This document shows positions 36,722-48,012 of a DNA stretch of 64,000 nucleotides, one piece after another (position 1 is the first letter of the stretch; every line of letters begins with the position of its first letter). The DNA comes from a bacterium (GTDB lineage: Bacteria > UBA8248), in assembly GCA_965221165.1 (NCBI GenBank), contig CBDCRP010000003.1, positions 1,152,001 to 1,216,000 of the forward strand, given 5' to 3'. A program made the translations under genes and the position numbers. Under the pieces are notes generated by a model. It worked only from the letters and a program-made list of their open reading frames with translations. It was not told where the DNA came from and ran no database searches.

Positions 36722-37009
36722 CTATTTATAACGACTCGTTATCCGCCCTCTCGTCAAATCGTAGGGGGAGAGTTCCACTTTGACGTTATCCCCGGGTAGA
36801 ATTCGGATGAAGTGCATCCGCATTTTCCCCGAGATATGGGCCAATACCTTGTGGCCTCCTTCGAGTTCTACACGAAACATAGCGTTCGGCAGAGGCTCCA
36901 CGACGATTCCATCCACCTCTATCACGCCTTCCTTGGGGGCACGCTCCTCTCGCTCGACTTGATCGCGCTTTCTCTGCTTCCGGCTCCCCTGTCGACGTGG
37001 TCTCCTCAT
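36722..37009 (-). CDS. infA: Translation initiation factor IF-1 with apparent N-terminal extension
   Basis: [25 protein letters not shown]; ATG 37009 overlaps map stop. Confidence 0.95.
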   Translation of the reverse strand: MRRPRRQGSRKQRKRDQVEREERAPKEGVIEVDGIVVEPLPNAMFRVELEGGHKVLAHISGKMRMHFIRILPGDNVKVELSPYDLTRGRITSRYK

Positions 37010-37758
37010 GCGGCAAGGCTCAGAATATCCGGGCCGTTCTCGGTAATGGCGACGGAATGCTCGAAATGCGCAGAGAGTTTCTCGTCCGCAGTGACGACTG
37101 TCCATTCATCACTTAAAACCTTCACGTCATGAACTCCCATGTTCAGCATGGGCTCAATCGCCAGAACCATGCCCGCCTTCAACTCCAGCCCCGTGCCGGG
37201 TTCGCCGAAATTCGGAACCTGGGGCTCTTCGTGAAGATTCGTTCCCACCCCATGCCCCACATAGGAGCGAACCACCGAAAAACCAGCGCTTTCCGCATGC
37301 TTTTGCACGGCATGTGAAATATCAAACAACCGGTTGCCCGGTTTGGCCTGCTCGATCCCCTTGAAAAGCGACTCCTCGCAGTATTTCAACAACTCTTTCG
37401 CCTTGGAATCCACGTTTCCCACGGGGAAGGTGACCGCATGATCGCCATAGTAGCCATACAATTTCGCCCCGACATCCACGCTGACGATATCTCCTTCTTT
37501 CAGCTTCTTCCCGGAGGGCACCCCATGAACGACCTCTTCGTTCACAGAAGCGCATATAGTGTGCTTATAGCCCCTGTAACCCTTGAAAGCGGGTATCGCC
37601 CCCTGCTCGCGAATGATCCTCTCCGCCAAGACATCCAACTCCAAGGTCGTGACGCCCGGCTGAATCGCTCTTTTGAGTTCCGCCATGACGCTCATCACCA
37701 CCTGGTTGCTCGCTCGCAGCCGCTCTATTTCTTTTCGTGAACGAAGGATGATAGCCAT
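37006..37758 (-). CDS. map: Methionine aminopeptidase type I
   Basis: [27 protein letters not shown]. Confidence 0.97.
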   Translation of the reverse strand: MAIILRSRKEIERLRASNQVVMSVMAELKRAIQPGVTTLELDVLAERIIREQGAIPAFKGYRGYKHTICASVNEEVVHGVPSGKKLKEGDIVSVDVGAKLYGYYGDHAVTFPVGNVDSKAKELLKYCEESLFKGIEQAKPGNRLFDISHAVQKHAESAGFSVVRSYVGHGVGTNLHEEPQVPNFGEPGTGLELKAGMVLAIEPMLNMGVHDVKVLSDEWTVVTADEKLSAHFEHSVAITENGPDILSLAA

Positions 37759-38387
37759 CACGCAAGCACCTGGGCAATACCTTCCTCTACCCTCCGCGCG
37801 ATTTCCTCCATGCTACCCTCGGCCTTGATTTCCGCGAGCTTGCCTTTCTCCCGATAAAACGTCACCAACGGCTCGGTATGCTCTTCATACACCCGAAGGC
37901 GCCGAAGCACCGTGCTTTTCATGTCGTCTTCGCGCTGGTAGAGGTCTCCCCCGCAGGCGGAGCAAAACGAAGTGTCCTTGTGGGGATACACGGCGCCGCA
38001 TTTCGTGCACGTGAGCCTCCCCGCCAGCCGCGACACTACGGCTTCGCTCGATACGTTCAAATAGATAACCACATCCACGCCTTCGGGCAAAACTCTTTCC
38101 AGGGCCTCGCCCTGTTCAATCGTCCTGGGAAAACCATCCAGGATAAATCCATTACCACAGTCTGCTCGGGAAATGCGCTCCTCGATGACCGAGATGATAA
38201 GATCATCCGGCACGAGTTGGCCCTTGTTGATGATCCCCCCTACCTGCCGGCCGAGCATCGTCTCCTCCGCCACCGCCTGCCGCAACATGTCTCCCGTCGA
38301 GATTTCGGGCACCTGCAGGGATTTCGAGAGCGTAGCGCCCTGGGTGCCTTTTCCCGATCCTGGAGGGCCTAGAAGAATAATTTTCAT
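37758..38387 (-). CDS. adk: Adenylate kinase (short Zn-LID)
   Basis: GPPGSGKGTQ, LDGFPRT, CxxC..CxxC. Confidence 0.97.
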   Translation of the reverse strand: MKIILLGPPGSGKGTQGATLSKSLQVPEISTGDMLRQAVAEETMLGRQVGGIINKGQLVPDDLIISVIEERISRADCGNGFILDGFPRTIEQGEALERVLPEGVDVVIYLNVSSEAVVSRLAGRLTCTKCGAVYPHKDTSFCSACGGDLYQREDDMKSTVLRRLRVYEEHTEPLVTFYREKGKLAEIKAEGSMEEIARRVEEGIAQVLA

Positions 38388-38390
38388 CCG

Positions 38391-39713
38391 CTAACCCGCA
38401 CGCCCCCGAATGCGCCCGCGACGCAGGAACCCTTCATAATTTCTCATCACCAAATGAGACTCGATCTGCCGCTGGGTATCCACCGCCACGCCCACGACAA
38501 TCAAAAGCGCCGTTCCGCCAAAGAAAAACGGCACGTTGAACCACTGGATCAGATAAGTGGGCAATATGACGATGGCGCTCAGGTAGATGGCGCCCAGAAA
38601 CGTCAGCCGGCTCAGAGTGCGGTCGATATAATCCGCAGTAGGCCGTCCCGGACGTCTTCCGGGAATGAAGCCGCCATACTTTCTTAAATTCTCCGCCACG
38701 TCCACCGGATTGAATATAATGGCTGTATAAAAGTACGCAAAAAAGAAAATCAGCACGACCGTCAACACCACATACCAGGTGCTCGGCGGCGTAAGCGCCG
38801 TGCTCAACTGCTGGAGCCAGGCCACGTTCGAGAATTGCGCGATTGTGGCAGGGAAAAGAATCATGGAACTCGCGAAGATAGGCGGAATGACGCCGGACGT
38901 GTTGACCTTCAAGGGCAGGTGCGTTTCCTGGCCTCCCGCCATTTTCCGGCCCACCATCCGCTTCGCGTACTGGACCCTTAGTCGGCGCTGCCCTGCCTCG
39001 AACCAGACCACGAGGCCCACGACGGCCACCATCCCCACCGCCAGCAAAATCATGACGAAAGGCTGAAGTTCCCCGGTGCCTAGCAAGCGGAACGTATTGA
39101 TGATCGCGCCGGGCAGACCGGCGACGATGCCTGCGAAAATGATGAGGGAAATTCCGTTGCCTATCCCTCGCTCGGTAATTTGCTCTCCCAGCCACATGAT
39201 GAACGAAGTACCCGCCACCAGGGTCAAAACCGTCATCAACCGAAAACCCCAACCCGGGTCCGGAACCACGAGCGCTCCCGTGGGAGCGGACATCTGCTCT
39301 ATGCCGACGGCGATGCCGAAACCCTGCACCGTCGAGAGAAAGACCGTGCCGTAGCGCGTATACTGGTTGATCTTCTTGCGCCCCGAATCCCCTTCCTTTT
39401 TCAGACGCTCCAGATGGGGAACCGCTACCGTGAGCAACTCCAAAATAATGGAGGCGCTGATATAAGGCATGATGCCAAGGGCGAAAATCGTCAATTGGCT
39501 CAGGGCGCCGCCCGTGAAGAGGTCGAAAAACTGCATGAGGGTGCCGCCGCCGCGGCTCAATTCGGCGAAAAAAGCGGCCAGCGCCACGGTGTCGATACCA
39601 GGCGTGGGGATATGCGCTCCGATTCGGTAGACCGCCAGAATGCCGATCGTAAAGAGAATCCTGTTTTTCAGCTCGGGCACTTGAAAAATGCTGGGAACGC
39701 CGCCTTCCCTCAC
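38391..39713 (-). CDS. secY: Preprotein translocase SecY
   Basis: LGIMPYISASII, GIGNGISL, GVIPPIFA. Confidence 0.98.
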   Translation of the reverse strand: MREGGVPSIFQVPELKNRILFTIGILAVYRIGAHIPTPGIDTVALAAFFAELSRGGGTLMQFFDLFTGGALSQLTIFALGIMPYISASIILELLTVAVPHLERLKKEGDSGRKKINQYTRYGTVFLSTVQGFGIAVGIEQMSAPTGALVVPDPGWGFRLMTVLTLVAGTSFIMWLGEQITERGIGNGISLIIFAGIVAGLPGAIINTFRLLGTGELQPFVMILLAVGMVAVVGLVVWFEAGQRRLRVQYAKRMVGRKMAGGQETHLPLKVNTSGVIPPIFASSMILFPATIAQFSNVAWLQQLSTALTPPSTWYVVLTVVLIFFFAYFYTAIIFNPVDVAENLRKYGGFIPGRRPGRPTADYIDRTLSRLTFLGAIYLSAIVILPTYLIQWFNVPFFFGGTALLIVVGVAVDTQRQIESHLVMRNYEGFLRRGRIRGRAG

Positions 39714-40222
39714 TCGCTTTTATCCTCCGGCTTCGCGGCGAGGGCCACAATCTCGACGCTTCCACCCGCGCTTTCGATTTTCCGGCGCGCCGATTCGCTG
39801 CATTTTTGAACTTTCAGGTGAAGCGCGCGATCCACATCGCCCTCGCCCAGGAGTTTGACGCCGTCTTTGGCTATTTTCCGAACCAGGCCGGCGGCCTGGA
39901 GGATTCCGGCGTCAACGCTGGCGCCCGGCGCCAGTGCACCCAAACGACCCACGTTCAACTCGGAAAACTCTTTTTTGAAGCGATTGCTGAACCCGCGTTT
40001 CGGCAAGCGGCGCTGGAGCGGCATTTGTCCGCCCTCGAAACCCACTTTTCGGCTATATCCGGAGCGTGATTTTTGCCCCTTATGCCCACGCGCCGAGGTT
40101 TTGCCCGTGCCGGAACCCGTTCCGCGCCCTACGCGCCGCCGGACTTTCACCGCCCCCTTCGGGGAGGACAAATCGCCCAGGCCCGTAAATGAATCTTCTG
40201 GCTTCGTATCGTTCTCGGACAT
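39710..40222 (-). CDS. rplO: 50S ribosomal protein L15
   Basis: GRGTGSG, FEGGQMPL. Confidence 0.97.
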   Translation of the reverse strand: MSENDTKPEDSFTGLGDLSSPKGAVKVRRRVGRGTGSGTGKTSARGHKGQKSRSGYSRKVGFEGGQMPLQRRLPKRGFSNRFKKEFSELNVGRLGALAPGASVDAGILQAAGLVRKIAKDGVKLLGEGDVDRALHLKVQKCSESARRKIESAGGSVEIVALAAKPEDKSE

Positions 40223-40235
40223 ATGAATCCGGGAG

Positions 40236-40424
40236 CTAGGCCCCCTCCTCCACTTCTACGAGGTGCTTGATCTTGAACACCATGCCGCGAATGCAAGCGT
40301 TGTCCTTCTTCACGACCGTTTGGTTGATCCGCCTCAGACCCAAGCCATGTAAAACGGCGCGCTGCTTCACATTCGAGCCCGACGTGCTCTTTCTCAAGGT
40401 GATTTTAATTTTATCCTGCGCCAT
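40236..40424 (-). CDS. rpmD: 50S ribosomal protein L30
   Basis: LGLRR, IRGMV..IKHLV; position in operon. Confidence 0.95.
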   Translation of the reverse strand: MAQDKIKITLRKSTSGSNVKQRAVLHGLGLRRINQTVVKKDNACIRGMVFKIKHLVEVEEGA

Positions 40425-40433
40425 CTCGTCCCT

Positions 40434-41084
40434 CTATTCTTCCCCACCACCACTTTCGGCCTCGCCGCCTTCGGCGTCGGCATGCCCGGCGTCACTGCCT
40501 TCACCGTCTACGACATCGCTATCCACGACTGCGGCGTTCTCCGCTTCCCCGCCTTCGGCGGTTTCTTCTTCGGCGCCGATTCCCCGAAGCGCGAAGACGT
40601 CTTCTCGGTTGCGCAGCGAGGCTAATCCCTGCAACGTCGCCTTGGCCGCGTTGTGCGGGTTGTTCGTACCGATGCACTTCGTCAATATGTCGCGCACGCC
40701 GGCGACATCGAGTACCGCGCGTACGGGACCACCGGCGATGACTCCCGTTCCCCGCGCCGCGGGCTTGAGCATCACCCGACCCGCGCCGAACCGACCCATC
40801 GTCTGATGGGGGATCGTCTCCTTGTCCAGCGATACTTTCACCATCGACTTGCGGGCTTTCTCCACACCCTTGCGAATGGCTTCGGGCACCTCGTTCGCCT
40901 TGCCCATGCCGATGCCGACCTGCCCTTTCCTGTCGCCGACGGTGACCAAGGCGCTGAAACTGAACCGCCGGCCACCTTTCACCACCTTGGCCACGCGATT
41001 CACATAGATGACCCGGTCGATAAATTCACGCTCCTCGGGATTCTCGGGCTCCCTGCCCCGGCCCCTTCTCGCTTCTCGCGCCAT
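40434..41084 (-). CDS. rpsE: 30S ribosomal protein S5
   Basis: [20 protein letters not shown]. Confidence 0.98.
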   Translation of the reverse strand: MAREARRGRGREPENPEEREFIDRVIYVNRVAKVVKGGRRFSFSALVTVGDRKGQVGIGMGKANEVPEAIRKGVEKARKSMVKVSLDKETIPHQTMGRFGAGRVMLKPAARGTGVIAGGPVRAVLDVAGVRDILTKCIGTNNPHNAAKATLQGLASLRNREDVFALRGIGAEEETAEGGEAENAAVVDSDVVDGEGSDAGHADAEGGEAESGGGEE

Positions 41085-41464
41085 CAGAAACTTACCCCCG
41101 TGTCTCTCACGCTATCGGCCAGCGCCTTTACGCGGCCGTGATAGAGATAGCCGTTGCGATCGAAAACCACTTTTTCCACGCCCCTGGCCTTCGCACGACC
41201 CGCCAGTAGCTTGCCGACGATAACGGCGCCCTCCACGTTGCTCCCGCCCGCGCTTTCGGCGGCCTTCGCCTCGGACGCAAAATCCTTCTCGCGCGAGGAG
41301 GCTGCTGCGAGGGTCTCACCCGAGATATCGTCTATCACCTGGGCATAGATGTGCGCACCGCTCCTGAATACCGTCAAACGCGGACGCTCGCTCGTCCCAC
41401 GGCTCTTTTTACGAATCCTCGTTTTTCGCTTGAGTCTCGCCTCAAGCTTACTCAATCGACCCAC
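41084..41464 (-). CDS. rplR: 50S ribosomal protein L18
   Basis: [21 protein letters not shown]. Confidence 0.98.
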   Translation of the reverse strand: MGRLSKLEARLKRKTRIRKKSRGTSERPRLTVFRSGAHIYAQVIDDISGETLAAASSREKDFASEAKAAESAGGSNVEGAVIVGKLLAGRAKARGVEKVVFDRNGYLYHGRVKALADSVRDTGVSF

Positions 41465-41481
41465 TTCCTAAACCTCCCGCT

Positions 41482-42027
41482 CTACACGCCGGCCTTGCCG
41501 ACTTTCCGGCGAACGGTCTCGTTCGCATAGCGGATGCCTTTGCCTTTATACGGCTCGGGGGGCTTCACCTTGCGGATCTCAGCAGCCACCCAGCCCACAA
41601 CCTGCTTGTCGATGCCCTTCACCTTGATCGCCGTTCGATTCCGGTCGCTCTGCACCTCGAAGGTGATGCCCTCGATGGGTTCGATGCTCACCGGATGCGA
41701 ATAACCGACGTTCAGGACAACTCCCTTGCCCCTCTCCTCCACGCGGTATCCCAGGCCGATGATCTCGAGTTCCTTCTCGTACCCCTTTGTCACGCCTTCG
41801 ACCATATTGGCGATCAGCGTGCGCGTGAGGCCGTGCAGCGACTTGTCCTGGCGGGATTCGCTGACTCGCGAAACGACGATGTTCCCCCCATCTATCTCCA
41901 CCTTGGGCCTGTGGTGCACCTCGAGGTCGAGTTCGCCCAGGGGTCCCTTGACAGAGATGCGCCGCCCATCGAGCTTCACATCCACACCCGAGGGTATGGG
42001 AATCGGCATTTTTCCGATGCGTGACAT
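41482..42027 (-). CDS. rplF: 50S ribosomal protein L6
   Basis: MSRIGK, PEPYKGKG. Confidence 0.98.
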   Translation of the reverse strand: MSRIGKMPIPIPSGVDVKLDGRRISVKGPLGELDLEVHHRPKVEIDGGNIVVSRVSESRQDKSLHGLTRTLIANMVEGVTKGYEKELEIIGLGYRVEERGKGVVLNVGYSHPVSIEPIEGITFEVQSDRNRTAIKVKGIDKQVVGWVAAEIRKVKPPEPYKGKGIRYANETVRRKVGKAGV

Positions 42028-42037
42028 TCAAACCACC

Positions 42038-42439
42038 TCACCAAATTTCACAAAGAACTTCACCGCCCACACCCAGATTTCTCGCTTCCTCATCCGTCAC
42101 CACGCCTCGTGATGTCGTGAGAATGGCGATTCCCATGCCATTGAGGACCCTGGGAACCGACTCCTTGTTCACATACACCCGAAGGCCGGGCTTGCTGACG
42201 CGCTTGAGACCGGTCAGCACCTGCTTGCCGTCCTGAGGCGGCTTGAGTTGCACCCTGATCCGGGTCTGACCCGTCGGGCCGGGCTCGATATCATATCCTT
42301 TGATGTAGCCCTGGGACTTCAGGATTCCGACGACTCGCGCCTTCAATTGGCTTCCTGGAATCACAACGCTTTCATGCCCCGCGCGCACAGCATTGCGAAT
42401 GCGCGTCAGAAGATCGGCAATGGGATCGGTCATGCTCAT
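42038..42439 (-). CDS. rpsH: 30S ribosomal protein S8
   Basis: DPIADLLTRIRN, SKPGLRVY. Confidence 0.98.
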   Translation of the reverse strand: MSMTDPIADLLTRIRNAVRAGHESVVIPGSQLKARVVGILKSQGYIKGYDIEPGPTGQTRIRVQLKPPQDGKQVLTGLKRVSKPGLRVYVNKESVPRVLNGMGIAILTTSRGVVTDEEARNLGVGGEVLCEIW

Positions 42440-42455
42440 ATTCTTTGCTCTCCGA

Positions 42456-42641
42456 CTACCAGCTCGATTTCGTGACTCCCGGAATCTCGCCCTTGAGCGA
42501 TAATTCGCGGAAGCAGATTCGACAAATTTTAAAACGCCTCAAATAGCCTCGCGGACGCCCGCAACGCTGGCAGCGGTTATACGCCCGAACGCCGAACTTG
42601 GGCGTCTTCTTCTGTTTCGCAATCAAGCACTTTTTCGCCAC
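42456..42641 (-). CDS. rpsN: 30S ribosomal protein S14 (type Z)
   Basis: 61 aa; RCQRCGR, CRICFR. Confidence 0.97.
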   Translation of the reverse strand: MAKKCLIAKQKKTPKFGVRAYNRCQRCGRPRGYLRRFKICRICFRELSLKGEIPGVTKSSW

Positions 42642-42652
42642 TGTTTTCCCTC

Positions 42653-43204
42653 TTAAGTCACCCGGAAGGGAACGCCCAACTCTCGAAGCAACGCCCTTCC
42701 TTCTTCATCCGTGTTCGCCGAGGTGTTCATGACAACCCCGATTCCGCGGGATTTCTCCACCTTGTCGATGTCGATCTCGGGAAAAATGAGCTGCTCGCGA
42801 ATCCCGAGGCTGTAATTCCCGCGGCCATCGAAGGATTTGGGGCTCAAGCCTCTGAAATCACGCACGCGGGGGAGCGCCACGTTCACCAGACGATCCATGA
42901 AATCCCACATCCGCGCGCCGCGAAGCGTCACCATCGCTCCAATGGGCATCCCCTCGCGCAGCTTGAAATTCGCGATGGATTTTCTCGCCCGGGTGATGAC
43001 GGGCTTCTGGCCCGCAATGCTCGTCAACTCGACGACGCCGTTCTCCAGGGTCGCCGCATTCTGGACGGCCTCTCCGAGTCCCATATTCAACGTGATTTTC
43101 AGAAGCCTCGGAATCTCCATGACGTTGGAGTACTCAAACTCCTTGCGAAGTTTCTCCGCGATGTCATCACGGTAAAGCTGCAACATTCTGGGCATATACG
43201 CCAT
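42653..43204 (-). CDS. rplE: 50S ribosomal protein L5
   Basis: [18 protein letters not shown]. Confidence 0.98.
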   Translation of the reverse strand: MAYMPRMLQLYRDDIAEKLRKEFEYSNVMEIPRLLKITLNMGLGEAVQNAATLENGVVELTSIAGQKPVITRARKSIANFKLREGMPIGAMVTLRGARMWDFMDRLVNVALPRVRDFRGLSPKSFDGRGNYSLGIREQLIFPEIDIDKVEKSRGIGVVMNTSANTDEEGRALLRELGVPFRVT

Positions 43205-43227
43205 TTCAATCAAAATCCTTCTCTCAC

Positions 43228-43566
43228 CTATACCGTGTCGAGCAACTCGCCGCTGCTATGCGTCACGCGCACATGCGCGCCGTCTTCCAGTCGTTTTCTC
43301 CGAACTCGGGAGGGACTGTTGGTCTTCGGGTCCACGGGCATGACGTTGGAAATATGGATCTTTCCCTCCCGCTCCAGGATGCCGCCCTGCTGATTCGTCT
43401 GGGTCGGCTTCGTGTGCCGCTTCATCATGTTCAACTTCTCGACGAGCACACGGTTTTCATTCTTGAACACCTGGAGCACCTTGCCGGTCTTTCCCTTTTC
43501 ACGGCCCGCGATCACCTGAACGATGTCGCCTTTTTTCACGTGCGTCTTCTTTGATTTCGAACCCAT
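43228..43566 (-). CDS. rplX: 50S ribosomal protein L24
   Basis: [22 protein letters not shown]. Confidence 0.97.
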   Translation of the reverse strand: MGSKSKKTHVKKGDIVQVIAGREKGKTGKVLQVFKNENRVLVEKLNMMKRHTKPTQTNQQGGILEREGKIHISNVMPVDPKTNSPSRVRRKRLEDGAHVRVTHSSGELLDTV

Positions 43567-43574
43567 CTCGTTCC

Positions 43575-43943
43575 TCACAAAACCTCAGGGGCAAGCGAAA
43601 CGATGCGCATGAAACGCTTGCGCCTCAACTCGCGGGCCACAGGCCCGAAAATGCGTGTTCCCATCGGTTCGCGCGCCTCATTGATGATGACGACGGCATT
43701 GTCGTCAAAACGAATATAGGTGCCGTCCTCACGCCCTGTCTCCTTGACGGTCCGGACCACGACGGCGCGCCTGACCTCGCCTTTTTGAACGGGACTATTC
43801 GGCACGGCTTCCTTGATCGCCACGACGATGATGTCGCCGATCCGCGCATATCTGCGGCGCGATCCACCCAGGACCTTGATGCACTGGGCGCGCTTGGCCC
43901 CCGAATTATCCGCCACGCTGCACATTGTTTCTACCTGAATCAT
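43575..43943 (-). CDS. rplN: 50S ribosomal protein L14
   Basis: [19 protein letters not shown]. Confidence 0.98.
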   Translation of the reverse strand: MIQVETMCSVADNSGAKRAQCIKVLGGSRRRYARIGDIIVVAIKEAVPNSPVQKGEVRRAVVVRTVKETGREDGTYIRFDDNAVVIINEAREPMGTRIFGPVARELRRKRFMRIVSLAPEVL

Positions 43944-43955
43944 TTTTCCCGTTCC

Positions 43956-44216
43956 CTACTTCGTACGCTCGATAACATCCAGAAGACGCCAGCGCTTCCT
44001 CCGGCTCATGGGCCTGGTTTCGATGATGCGCACCCTGTCGCCTGCATGAAGGGAGTTCTCCTCATCGTGGACCAGATATTTCTTTCGCCTGCGCACGACG
44101 CGCTTGAAGGTCGTATGTTTGAACATGCGCACCACCTCGACGGTGACGGTCTTGTCCATGGCGTCGCTCACGACTTTTCCTTCCCGAACCTTCCGCCTCC
44201 CCCGCACTTCATTCAT
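43956..44216 (-). CDS. rpsQ: 30S ribosomal protein S17
   Basis: GKVVSDAMDKT, ETRPMS. Confidence 0.97.
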   Translation of the reverse strand: MNEVRGRRKVREGKVVSDAMDKTVTVEVVRMFKHTTFKRVVRRRKKYLVHDEENSLHAGDRVRIIETRPMSRRKRWRLLDVIERTK

Positions 44217-44438
44217 CTACGATCCCTCTCCCTCGGTACCTGCGGCCTGCGCTCTTTCGCGCTCACTCTTTGAGGTCAACACCCGCGCCAAATCCCGCTT
44301 GAGCAGACCGATGCGCGCCGTGTTGTCCAACTGGCCCGTCGCCTTGCGAAAGCGCAGGTTGAACAACTCCTGACGTAATTCCCCCTCCTTGAATCCGAGC
44401 TCATCATCGCTCAACTCGAGGACCTCGCTGTATTTCAC
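44217..44438 (-). CDS. rpmC: 50S ribosomal protein L29
   Basis: ELFNLRF, TGQL. Confidence 0.96.
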   Translation of the reverse strand: MKYSEVLELSDDELGFKEGELRQELFNLRFRKATGQLDNTARIGLLKRDLARVLTSKSERERAQAAGTEGEGS

Positions 44439-44450
44439 GCCATCATCCCC

Positions 44451-44858
44451 TCAGGAAGAGGTTACAATCCTGGTTTTACACGGCAGCTTCTGCGCAGCCA
44501 GGCGAAGCGCCTCGCGGGCGACGTCATCCGCGACGCCATCCATCTCATAGAGAACCCTGCCCGCGCGCACGGGAGCCACCCAGGACTCGGGCGCTCCCTT
44601 GCCCTTGCCCATGCGAACCTCGGCCGGTTTCTTGCAAATCGGCTTGTCCGGGAAAAGGCGAATCCATATCCGCCCGCCGCGCTTGACGTGGCGCGTCATG
44701 GCGATACGGGCAGCCTCGATCTGGCGCGCCGTGATGTGCATCGTCTCCAGGGTCTGAAGTCCGTAGGAGCCGAATGCGAGCGCCGCGCCGCGCTGGGCCT
44801 TTCCGTCCAGACGGCCTTTCTGCATTTTTCTGAACTTCGTTCTTTTTGGTTGCAGCAT
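44451..44858 (-). CDS. rplP: 50S ribosomal protein L16
   Basis: [18 protein letters not shown]. Confidence 0.98.
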   Translation of the reverse strand: MLQPKRTKFRKMQKGRLDGKAQRGAALAFGSYGLQTLETMHITARQIEAARIAMTRHVKRGGRIWIRLFPDKPICKKPAEVRMGKGKGAPESWVAPVRAGRVLYEMDGVADDVAREALRLAAQKLPCKTRIVTSS

Positions 44859-44878
44859 GTTTCGCTCCTAAGCGCCGA

Positions 44879-45544
44879 TCATAAACCCAGAGCCTGAGAA
44901 GCCGGCGTTCTTCTGGTCTGCCGAATCATCTCGCCCCTGAATATCCAGACCTTCACGCCGATGATTCCATATGTCGTCTTGCCTTCGGCGAACCCATAGT
45001 CGATGTCGGCACGAAGGGTCTGGAGCGGCACGCGCCCTTCCCGGTACCATTCGGTTCGCGCAATCTCAGCGCCCCCCAATCTGCCGGAACATTGAATCTT
45101 CACGCCCTTGGCGCCGAAACGAAGGGCCGAGGTTACCGCCTTTTTCATCGCGCGGCGAAAGGCGATTCGACGCTCGAGCTGCATGGCGATGTTCTCCGCC
45201 ACGAGTTGGGCGTCCATCTCGGCCTTGCGCACTTCCTTGATGTTCACGTTCACCTGGTTGCCGGTGAGCTCTTGCAGATCCGCCTTGAGCCTGTCCACCT
45301 CCGCGCCGCGCTTTCCGATGATGATGCCCGGCCGCGCCGTCCAGATGTTGATGCGCGCTCGCTCGCTGGCGCGTTCGATCTCCACGTTGCTCACACCTGC
45401 GTGCGAGAGGCGCTCCTTCACGTATTTGCGGATGCGCAGATCGTCCAAAAGCAGGTCGCCGAAATTGTGCTTGGCGAACCAGGAAGAGTTCCAGCCTCTG
45501 GTGATGCCGACCCGAAAACCTATGGGGTGAACTTTTTGACCCAT
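44879..45544 (-). CDS. rpsC: 30S ribosomal protein S3
   Basis: [17 protein letters not shown]. Confidence 0.98.
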   Translation of the reverse strand: MGQKVHPIGFRVGITRGWNSSWFAKHNFGDLLLDDLRIRKYVKERLSHAGVSNVEIERASERARINIWTARPGIIIGKRGAEVDRLKADLQELTGNQVNVNIKEVRKAEMDAQLVAENIAMQLERRIAFRRAMKKAVTSALRFGAKGVKIQCSGRLGGAEIARTEWYREGRVPLQTLRADIDYGFAEGKTTYGIIGVKVWIFRGEMIRQTRRTPASQALGL

Positions 45545-45554
45545 TTTTATCCCC

Positions 45555-45890
45555 CTAATTCGCTTCGCCGATATCCACGCGAATGTGGCAACTTCTGTGT
45601 TTGACCCGGCCGATGCGCCCGCGCGCCCGCGCGCGAAACCGCTTGAGCGTCGGCCCTTCGTCTACCCGCACGCTCCTCACTATCAGGCCTTCGGGATCGT
45701 CGTTCTCTCCCTTGTCGGTGGCATTCGCAAGCGCGGAGAGAAGAACCTTCTCCACCACCTTGGCCGAGGAGCGCGTGGAAAGGCGCAAAAGCGTGAGGGC
45801 ATCCGCCACCCGCTTGCCGCGAATCATATCGGCTACCTGGCGCGTCTTGCGCGGCTTGGCCCGGTAATATTTCAAAATCGCCTTGGACAT
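45555..45890 (-). CDS. rplV: 50S ribosomal protein L22
   Basis: SALANA, GPTLKR, RARGR. Confidence 0.97.
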   Translation of the reverse strand: MSKAILKYYRAKPRKTRQVADMIRGKRVADALTLLRLSTRSSAKVVEKVLLSALANATDKGENDDPEGLIVRSVRVDEGPTLKRFRARARGRIGRVKHRSCHIRVDIGEAN

Positions 45891-45927
45891 ATCATTCCCT
45901 TGCCTGCTTCACCTATCCACCAAAAAC

Positions 45928-46212
45928 CTATTTCAGCGTCACCTGCCGCTTCGTCATTCCCGAATGCGAGCGGAACGTGCGGGTGGGAGAAAAATCACCA
46001 AGCTTGAAGCCCACCATGTTCTCCGTCACGTATACGGGTATGAATTTCTTGCCGTTGTGCACGGCGAACGTATGACCGACGAAATCCGGGATGATGGTGG
46101 AGCGCCTCGACCAGGTCCTGATCATCCTCTTCTCGCCGCTCTCGTCCATCGCCTCCACTTTCTTGCGGAGGTGAGCATCTATGAATGGCCCCTTGTGAAG
46201 AGAACGTGGCAT
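45928..46212 (-). CDS. rpsS: 30S ribosomal protein S19
   Basis: [12 protein letters not shown]. Confidence 0.98.
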   Translation of the reverse strand: MPRSLHKGPFIDAHLRKKVEAMDESGEKRMIRTWSRRSTIIPDFVGHTFAVHNGKKFIPVYVTENMVGFKLGDFSPTRTFRSHSGMTKRQVTLK

Positions 46213-46238
46213 CGCTATGCAATCTCCCTCAAATCCGG

Positions 46239-47069
46239 CTATCTGGATTTTCTTCGTCGCACGATGAATTTAGAAGATGGCTTATCCTTCTTTCGTGTCT
46301 TATACCCTTTCGTCGGCTTGCCCCACGGGGTAACCGGGTGCCTGCCTCCCGAACTTTTTCCCTCGCCACCACCCAGGGGATGATCCACCGGGTTCATGGC
46401 CACGCCGCGGACGTTGGGACGACGGCCCAGCCAACGCTTCCGACCCGCCTTGCCGAGGCTCACGTTGCCGTGGTCCGAGTTTCCCACCTCGCCTATCGTC
46501 GCGTAGCAAGACAGGTGAATCATGCGGACCTCGCCGGAGGAGAGCCTGAACTGCGCATAATTACCCTCCTTCGCCATGAGCTGGGCGCTCGCGCCCGCGC
46601 TCCGGGCAATCTGCCCGCCGCGCCCGGGCTTCATCTCGATGTTGTGGCACGTCGTGCCCAGCGGAATCCGATCCACGGGCAGCGCGTTGCCGGTGCGAAT
46701 CTCCGCATCCGGACCCGAACTGACGGTAGCGCCCACCTCCAGACCATCGGGCGCGAGGATGTAGCGCTTCTCCCCATCCAGATAGACGATGAGCGCCAGT
46801 CGCGCAGAACGGTTCGGGTCGTACTCGATCGAGCGCACCTTGCCGGGCACGCCGGTCTTCTCGCGCCGGAAATCCACCACCCTGTAGCGGCGCTTGTGGC
46901 CTCCGCCCCTCTGGTAGGTGGTGATGCGTCCGCGGTTGTTTCGTCCGCCGGATTTCGATATCCCCTTGGTCAGGGACTTCTCGGGCCGATCCGTCGTGAT
47001 GTCATCGCGCAGCAGGACATCCTGAAATCTTCGCCCGGGAGAAGTCGGCTTGTATTTTTTTACCGGCAT
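46239..47069 (-). CDS. rplB: 50S ribosomal protein L2
   Basis: [16 protein letters not shown]. Confidence 0.98.
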   Translation of the reverse strand: MPVKKYKPTSPGRRFQDVLLRDDITTDRPEKSLTKGISKSGGRNNRGRITTYQRGGGHKRRYRVVDFRREKTGVPGKVRSIEYDPNRSARLALIVYLDGEKRYILAPDGLEVGATVSSGPDAEIRTGNALPVDRIPLGTTCHNIEMKPGRGGQIARSAGASAQLMAKEGNYAQFRLSSGEVRMIHLSCYATIGEVGNSDHGNVSLGKAGRKRWLGRRPNVRGVAMNPVDHPLGGGEGKSSGGRHPVTPWGKPTKGYKTRKKDKPSSKFIVRRRKSR

Positions 47070-47086
47070 AGCGTTCGCCTCAAAAA

Positions 47087-47374
47087 CTAAACGGATTCAA
47101 AAAATTCGATGGTGTCGCCTTCGCGCAGCGTCACAATCGCTTTTTTCCATGCTGGCTTACTCCCCTGATGGCGTCCCATGCGAACGCTCTTGCCGGGCAC
47201 CCGCATCGTGTTCACATTCAGCACCGTGACGCCGAACAACTCTTGCACCGCCTTTTTTATCTCTATCTTGTTGGCGTCGGTGGCGACCTCGAAGACGACC
47301 TTGTTGGCTTCCTCGCTGCTCGCGATGCTCTTCTCCGTCACGCAGGGTCTGCGGATGACAAATGTGTTTTCCAT
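47087..47374 (-). CDS. rplW: 50S ribosomal protein L23
   Basis: TEKS, ANKIEIK, WKKAIV. Confidence 0.97.
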   Translation of the reverse strand: MENTFVIRRPCVTEKSIASSEEANKVVFEVATDANKIEIKKAVQELFGVTVLNVNTMRVPGKSVRMGRHQGSKPAWKKAIVTLREGDTIEFFESV

Positions 47375-47377
47375 GTC

Positions 47378-48004
47378 CTAGTCCGCCAATCTTTCCGAGA
47401 TGCCGCCGATCGCGCCCTTGGTGCAGACCAGGTGCTCATGGCCCATGATGTCATACACGTTCAAGCCATCGGGCCGCATCGGCTTCGTTCCCTTGATGTT
47501 TCTCGTCGCCAATTCGAAGTTCCGCCCGTCTCCGTCATCCACTATCAACGACTTGCGCCCGAGATTCAGGCTCTCGATGACGCCCGCCATGAGACGCGTC
47601 TTCGGCTCCGGCAGATGGAGGTCGCGCACGACGAGCAGCTTTCCCTCTTTCCACTTCAAATTCAGGGCACTCCTGAGCGCGCCTTTTTTCACCTTCTTGT
47701 TCACCTTCTGGCTGTAATCGCGCGGCTTGGGGCCGAAAGTGATTCCCCCGTGCCGCCATATCGGCGATTTGACGTCGCCCGCGCGCGCGCGGCCCCCGCC
47801 TTTTTGACGAAAAGGCTTGGCGCCCGTGCCATGCACTTCCTTGCGCGTCAGCGTCGAATGTGCGCCCGCGCGCCGCGCCGCGAGTTGCGCCTTCACCATC
47901 TGGTGAATCAGGTGCATTTTGACCTGACCGTCGAATACGGCCTCGGGCAAATCCATCTGCTCCACCACCTTTCCTTCCAGGTCATAGACATCAATCTGGG
48001 GCAT
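47378..48004 (-). CDS. rplD: 50S ribosomal protein L4
   Basis: KPFRQKG.GRAR, FGPKPR. Confidence 0.97.
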   Translation of the reverse strand: MPQIDVYDLEGKVVEQMDLPEAVFDGQVKMHLIHQMVKAQLAARRAGAHSTLTRKEVHGTGAKPFRQKGGGRARAGDVKSPIWRHGGITFGPKPRDYSQKVNKKVKKGALRSALNLKWKEGKLLVVRDLHLPEPKTRLMAGVIESLNLGRKSLIVDDGDGRNFELATRNIKGTKPMRPDGLNVYDIMGHEHLVCTKGAIGGISERLAD

Positions 48005-48012
48005 CTCGCTCC

